Origin: Selaginella moellendorffii | Lineage: Eukaryota > Plantae > Lycopodiophyta | Assembly (NCBI RefSeq): GCF_000143415.4 | Contig: NW_003314364.1 | Coordinates: 1 to 64,000, forward strand | Length of the DNA stretch: 64,000 nt | Direction: 5' to 3' | Shown here: one piece after another, positions 61,701 to 64,000 of the stretch | Layout of the letters: the number at the start of each line of letters is the position of its first letter | How positions within the stretch are numbered: the first letter of the stretch is position 1 | Program-made: the position numbers and the translations under genes | The notes under the pieces: model-generated | Databases searched by the model: none | What the model saw: only the letters and a program-made list of their open reading frames with translations | Told to the model about the DNA's origin: nothing

Positions 61701-63484
61701 TCACCCACACTTTCCGCTTCCATCACTTGAACCCAAAAGGTCCGACATCCCCTCTTATTTGCTTTTTGAGCGGCCCTCGCAGTCAGGAACTTTCCATCCC
61801 AATCCTTTGAGGAACACTTTTGCAACTGGAAGGACACATCGGGTTGTCCTTCGGACTTCAATGTAATACGACTTTGTCCAGCACCATAAATCCCTTTTAT
61901 ATACTTGTTGAAGAAATCCATACCAAACACCATCTGAAAATCTGGTATCTTCAACACTACCAAGTCCACTCTTTCTTTCCACTTGGATATCTTTATTGGA
62001 ACATCACTCACAAACTTTCTGGCTACTTGCCCACCTTCCGCAAACCGGAAGTGCATAGGCGACATTTGCTCAGCATTTAATCCTAACAACTTAACTAAGT
62101 CTTCGGATATCACGCTGTGCGTAGCTCCCGTGTCAATCATCACTCGGATTCGGTGTCCACGGACAAAGCCTACCAGATACATCAACGGATCAGTGTTTGC
62201 ATTGACTGCAAGAAAAGCTTGAGGAAAGCAACGAAAGTTACTCACCTCTTCTTCCTCATAGTCTGCATTGACCAACTCGTCAACTCCTTCAGCTTCACCA
62301 CCACCGTCTTCCCTCATGACATTAACCCGAGACCTTGTCTTATGCTTGTTGGGACAATCCGAAGACCTATGTCCCGACTCTCCACAATGGAAGCAATGAC
62401 CCACACTACCCGTTCCGCTAGGAGCAGGTTTTGCAAGTTGCTGCTGCTTGTACCCACCAGGAGGAGGAACAGAGGGCCTAGGACCAGAAGAAGCTGCTGG
62501 TGGTCTCCAACCACCACCACCTTTGTTAACCGTTGCTTGTGAGCCTCCAGGGCAGAACCTACTTTCCACCCTCTGTTTCCGATCACCTTGTTTATTCCCA
62601 GAATTCCTATTCTTGTCCGAGTTACCAGCATACGGTTGCTGATATTGTTCTATGAGTGAGTGACTAAAGGCAACTTGCTGTGCTGCCTCCTTACACTCCA
62701 GATACGTCTTTGGCTTAAACTTCAAAATCTCATTGCGAGAAAGTGAACTTAAACCCTCCAGAAAATAACTTCGAGCATCTTCGTCACTCATATTTGCAAT
62801 CATAATGCGCTTCTGAGCAAACGCATTAACGTAATGCATGAGATCACCTCGCTGCTTTAACCGCCGCAGCTCCGCGCGAAGTCTCAGACCAAGATCATCC
62901 GGCAAGTATTCCTTACGGATACGAGACCGCATCTTGGTCCAACTTCTAGTCTGCCCTTTTTCAACACACACTTGGCGCCACCAAGTTTTGGCATGATCGG
63001 TGAGAAAGGATTGCGCGCACGCAACTTTCGTACGATCATCTACGTCTGCCGCTATGAAGTAGTTCTCCATATCGTAGACCCAGTCTTCCAAAACCTGATA
63101 GTCCCGCATGCCTCTGAAGTTGGGTGGTTTTGGGGGCTTGAACTTTGAAACTCGTGCAACCGGGGGCGGCTGCAGAACTTCATCATCCTCAGAACTCGAA
63201 GAGGAGTCCGGTTGCTTAGGCTTAGCTGGTTTAGCTGCCTCAGCCTCTTTCTTCCTCTTCTTGTTCTCCTTCTTCAATTTGCGAATCTCCTTTCGCAAAT
63301 TCTCGATCTCGACTTCCTGAGCCGTTCGCTGCAGCGCCGCAGCAACCGGCTCTTCCTCTTCTGACTCAGCCTCAGCCTCTTCCGCAGCATCTCTATTAGG
63401 AGTTTCCTCCTCTCGATTCGCCCGTCTAGAGGTTTCAGCGTCATCAGCACGGTTCCGTTTCACCATCCCGCTAGCTGCATGCAT
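58751..63484 (-). CDS. gag-pol: Gag-Pol polyprotein (gag, CCHC knuckle, aspartic protease, RT, RNase H, integrase, chromodomain), ~1577 aa from the first ATG
   Basis: AKTWW gag; [14 protein letters not shown]; IDTGATHS; YIDD; [12 protein letters not shown]; HHDVPAAGH…CPIC; DFV/SDRDSRF/ERVN; GPY; YEAESILD…YLVKWKGY…TWEP; gypsy domain order; start at ATG 63484 or 63466. Confidence 0.96.
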   Translation of the reverse strand: MHAASGMVKRNRADDAETSRRANREEETPNRDAAEEAEAESEEEEPVAAALQRTAQEVEIENLRKEIRKLKKENKKRKKEAEAAKPAKPKQPDSSSSSEDDEVLQPPPVARVSKFKPPKPPNFRGMRDYQVLEDWVYDMENYFIAADVDDRTKVACAQSFLTDHAKTWWRQVCVEKGQTRSWTKMRSRIRKEYLPDDLGLRLRAELRRLKQRGDLMHYVNAFAQKRIMIANMSDEDARSYFLEGLSSLSRNEILKFKPKTYLECKEAAQQVAFSHSLIEQYQQPYAGNSDKNRNSGNKQGDRKQRVESRFCPGGSQATVNKGGGGWRPPAASSGPRPSVPPPGGYKQQQLAKPAPSGTGSVGHCFHCGESGHRSSDCPNKHKTRSRVNVMREDGGGEAEGVDELVNADYEEEEVSNFRCFPQAFLAVNANTDPLMYLVGFVRGHRIRVMIDTGATHSVISEDLVKLLGLNAEQMSPMHFRFAEGGQVARKFVSDVPIKISKWKERVDLVVLKIPDFQMVFGMDFFNKYIKGIYGAGQSRITLKSEGQPDVSFQLQKCSSKDWDGKFLTARAAQKANKRGCRTFWVQVMEAESVGDSVRIGDGVDPVPKKILELLAQNQDIFPKDSPPGLPPSREVDHRIEVIPGSKPPTKAPYRLNIKEMAELKKQLTELLDKGHIRPSKSPYGAPILFVMKKDGTMRMCIDYRALNKITVKNSYPLPRIDDLFDQLLKAKYFTRLDLRSGYHQIRVADQDVEKTAFKTRYGSYEFLVMPFGLCNAPATFSTMMDRIFGDYLDAFVVLYIDDVLVFSETLEDHLKHLELVFQKLREHKLYAKESKCAFGQLRVNFLGHIVSGGVIEVDPKKVEAVKSWEILTTVSDVRSFLGLAGYYRKFVRNFARIALPLTELTKSSIPFHWTPACQRAFVRLKEILTTVPVLRIPDLDKPFEVHCDASGYAIGAVLQQDCDKAVGVTLRRHGCPVAFYSKKLDETQRRWPTHEKEMFAIVSALEHWRHYLGGHTKVYTDSNTLSYFATQPKLTPKQARWQEKLARYDIEIIYKPGKDNIVPDALSRQAQFRAISAISSDWLEDVRASYGSDPLAKAILCRAGLLKQSPGSEAAKVASRTNAKLHFSVRDGLIFYKQERLYLPSKDLQQLFLREHHDVPAAGHGGQRKTLASLKKGFFWSGMEGDVADYVRSCPICQQCKRKAEKQAGKLQCIPALAWPFQSVTLDFVTCLPKSKGYDTLMVVVDRLSKIAHFIPTVGTVNAKQAAKLFFHEVVRVRGLPEEMISDRDSRFTGKFWGTLFQLFGTKLKFSTAYHPQTDGQTERVNAQVEDYLRYYVAADQRDWVEHLDTAEICYNNTFHSAIGCSPWEMLQGNARGVPQQIVVPKPMSEVLVPAVETYAEQLHQGWSRATEAMGKAQNRYRRDKDQHRRDVSYQVGDRVWLSSRNLNIKGSLSRKLLPRYVGPYRVLKRIGDVSYKLDLPDELSQLHDVFHVSLLAPYHAAVERSTDLRPPPVIVDGEPEYEAESILDSRFRRRAHAKEYLVKWKGYPTCESTWEPLRNLTHARELVTEYEKRNKN

Positions 63485-63644
63485 GTCTCTATCAGTAACT
63501 GAACATGCATACAACGTTCTTACCGAATGGTGTAATCCAACTAATCCTACACAGGTCGCTTTGGATCTACTAGAAAAGTCTCTGCGTATGCAACTTGAGT
63601 CAGAAAATCCGACAAAAGTTGGATAGGAATCGCTGAGACAATCC

Positions 63645-63655
63645 CTCTGATACCA
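63645..63655 (-). promoter_or_regulatory. Primer-binding site, initiator tRNA-Met (TGGTATCAGAG)
   Basis: 2 bp from the 5' LTR end. Confidence 0.92.
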
Positions 63656-63657
63656 AA

Positions 63658-64000
63658 TGTAGCGCACCTGAATTTGGAGCCGAACTCCAAGCCCGTTGCG
63701 CTACGAAACGAGGGTCCGGTGCAATCCCATGAGCACCAGCTCCCCGTATCCAGCACCTGCACGCAAAATGGTGTCAGACGGAGTCTGGCACAATTTTGGC
63801 ATACCGGTGGCCTAACGCAAGGAGGAGGGTACTCCATTGACTAGAGCGGCATGGAGCTTGGGCTTAGACCCAAGCCGGACGCAGAACAAGGAGCGACACA
63901 GCCCAGCGGGAGCCAAACTAATGTCTCAGGTGGTCGGACATGCATTCCAACCACTATCCCTACTATACATTTGGAACCCCCCACAGCCCCCCCCCCTTGA
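63658..64000 (-). repeat. 5' LTR of element B (partial), containing the Pol I TIS motif at 63958-63967
   Basis: Direct repeat of 57228-57570. Confidence 0.93.

Larger units (their letters stand above)
57228..64000 (-). mobile_element. Element B: Ty3/gypsy chromovirus LTR retrotransposon, apparently intact (5' LTR runs off the window)
   Basis: 3' LTR 57228-58143 (TGTCGCG…CGCTACA), PPT 58144-58156, single gag-pol ORF, PBS 63645-63655, 5' LTR from 63658; 2 mismatches in the 343 bp of LTR that can be compared; IGS breaks after TGGTACC. Confidence 0.96.

Noticed and set aside
63485-63667. ORF-track start of gag-pol at 63667
   Set aside because: Non-ATG codon inside the LTR and upstream of the PBS; the first ATG at 63484 (or 63466) is used instead.

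Overview
Nuclear ribosomal DNA array of a non-seed land plant, read on the minus strand. The taxonomic call rests on GAATTGCAGAATTC in 5.8S, GCATATCACTAAGC in 26S, a 5S gene linked inside the IGS and TTTAGGG repeats. Bases 1-33884 hold three complete 18S-5.8S-26S transcription units; the two measurable repeat lengths are 12767 and 12051 bp. Each complete IGS carries a divergent but structurally compensated 5S gene, ~240-bp spacer-promoter-like subrepeats, several short tandem arrays and a TATAGTAGGG Pol I initiation motif ~2 kb upstream of 18S. Every ITS1 contains a 55-bp copy of the 5S internal control region. Bases 33885-54564 are a nest of three copies of a non-coding LTR element (family A, LARD-like; LTR 1.7-1.9 kb, internal 4.1 kb, tRNA-Met PBS) that includes a 100-N gap. 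A fourth, gene-less IGS (promoter plus 5S) follows, and an intact Ty3/gypsy chromovirus (element B) is inserted in it from 57228 to beyond the window end. Main observation: the LTRs of both unrelated LTR types contain the host Pol I core promoter in sense orientation. B matches the gene promoter at 73/77 bp; A keeps both promoter blocks and their exact spacing while the linker has diverged. This suggests an rDNA-resident, Pol I-driven LTR retrotransposon system with an autonomous chromovirus and a non-autonomous partner. Pol I transcription of the elements is an inference and is not shown.
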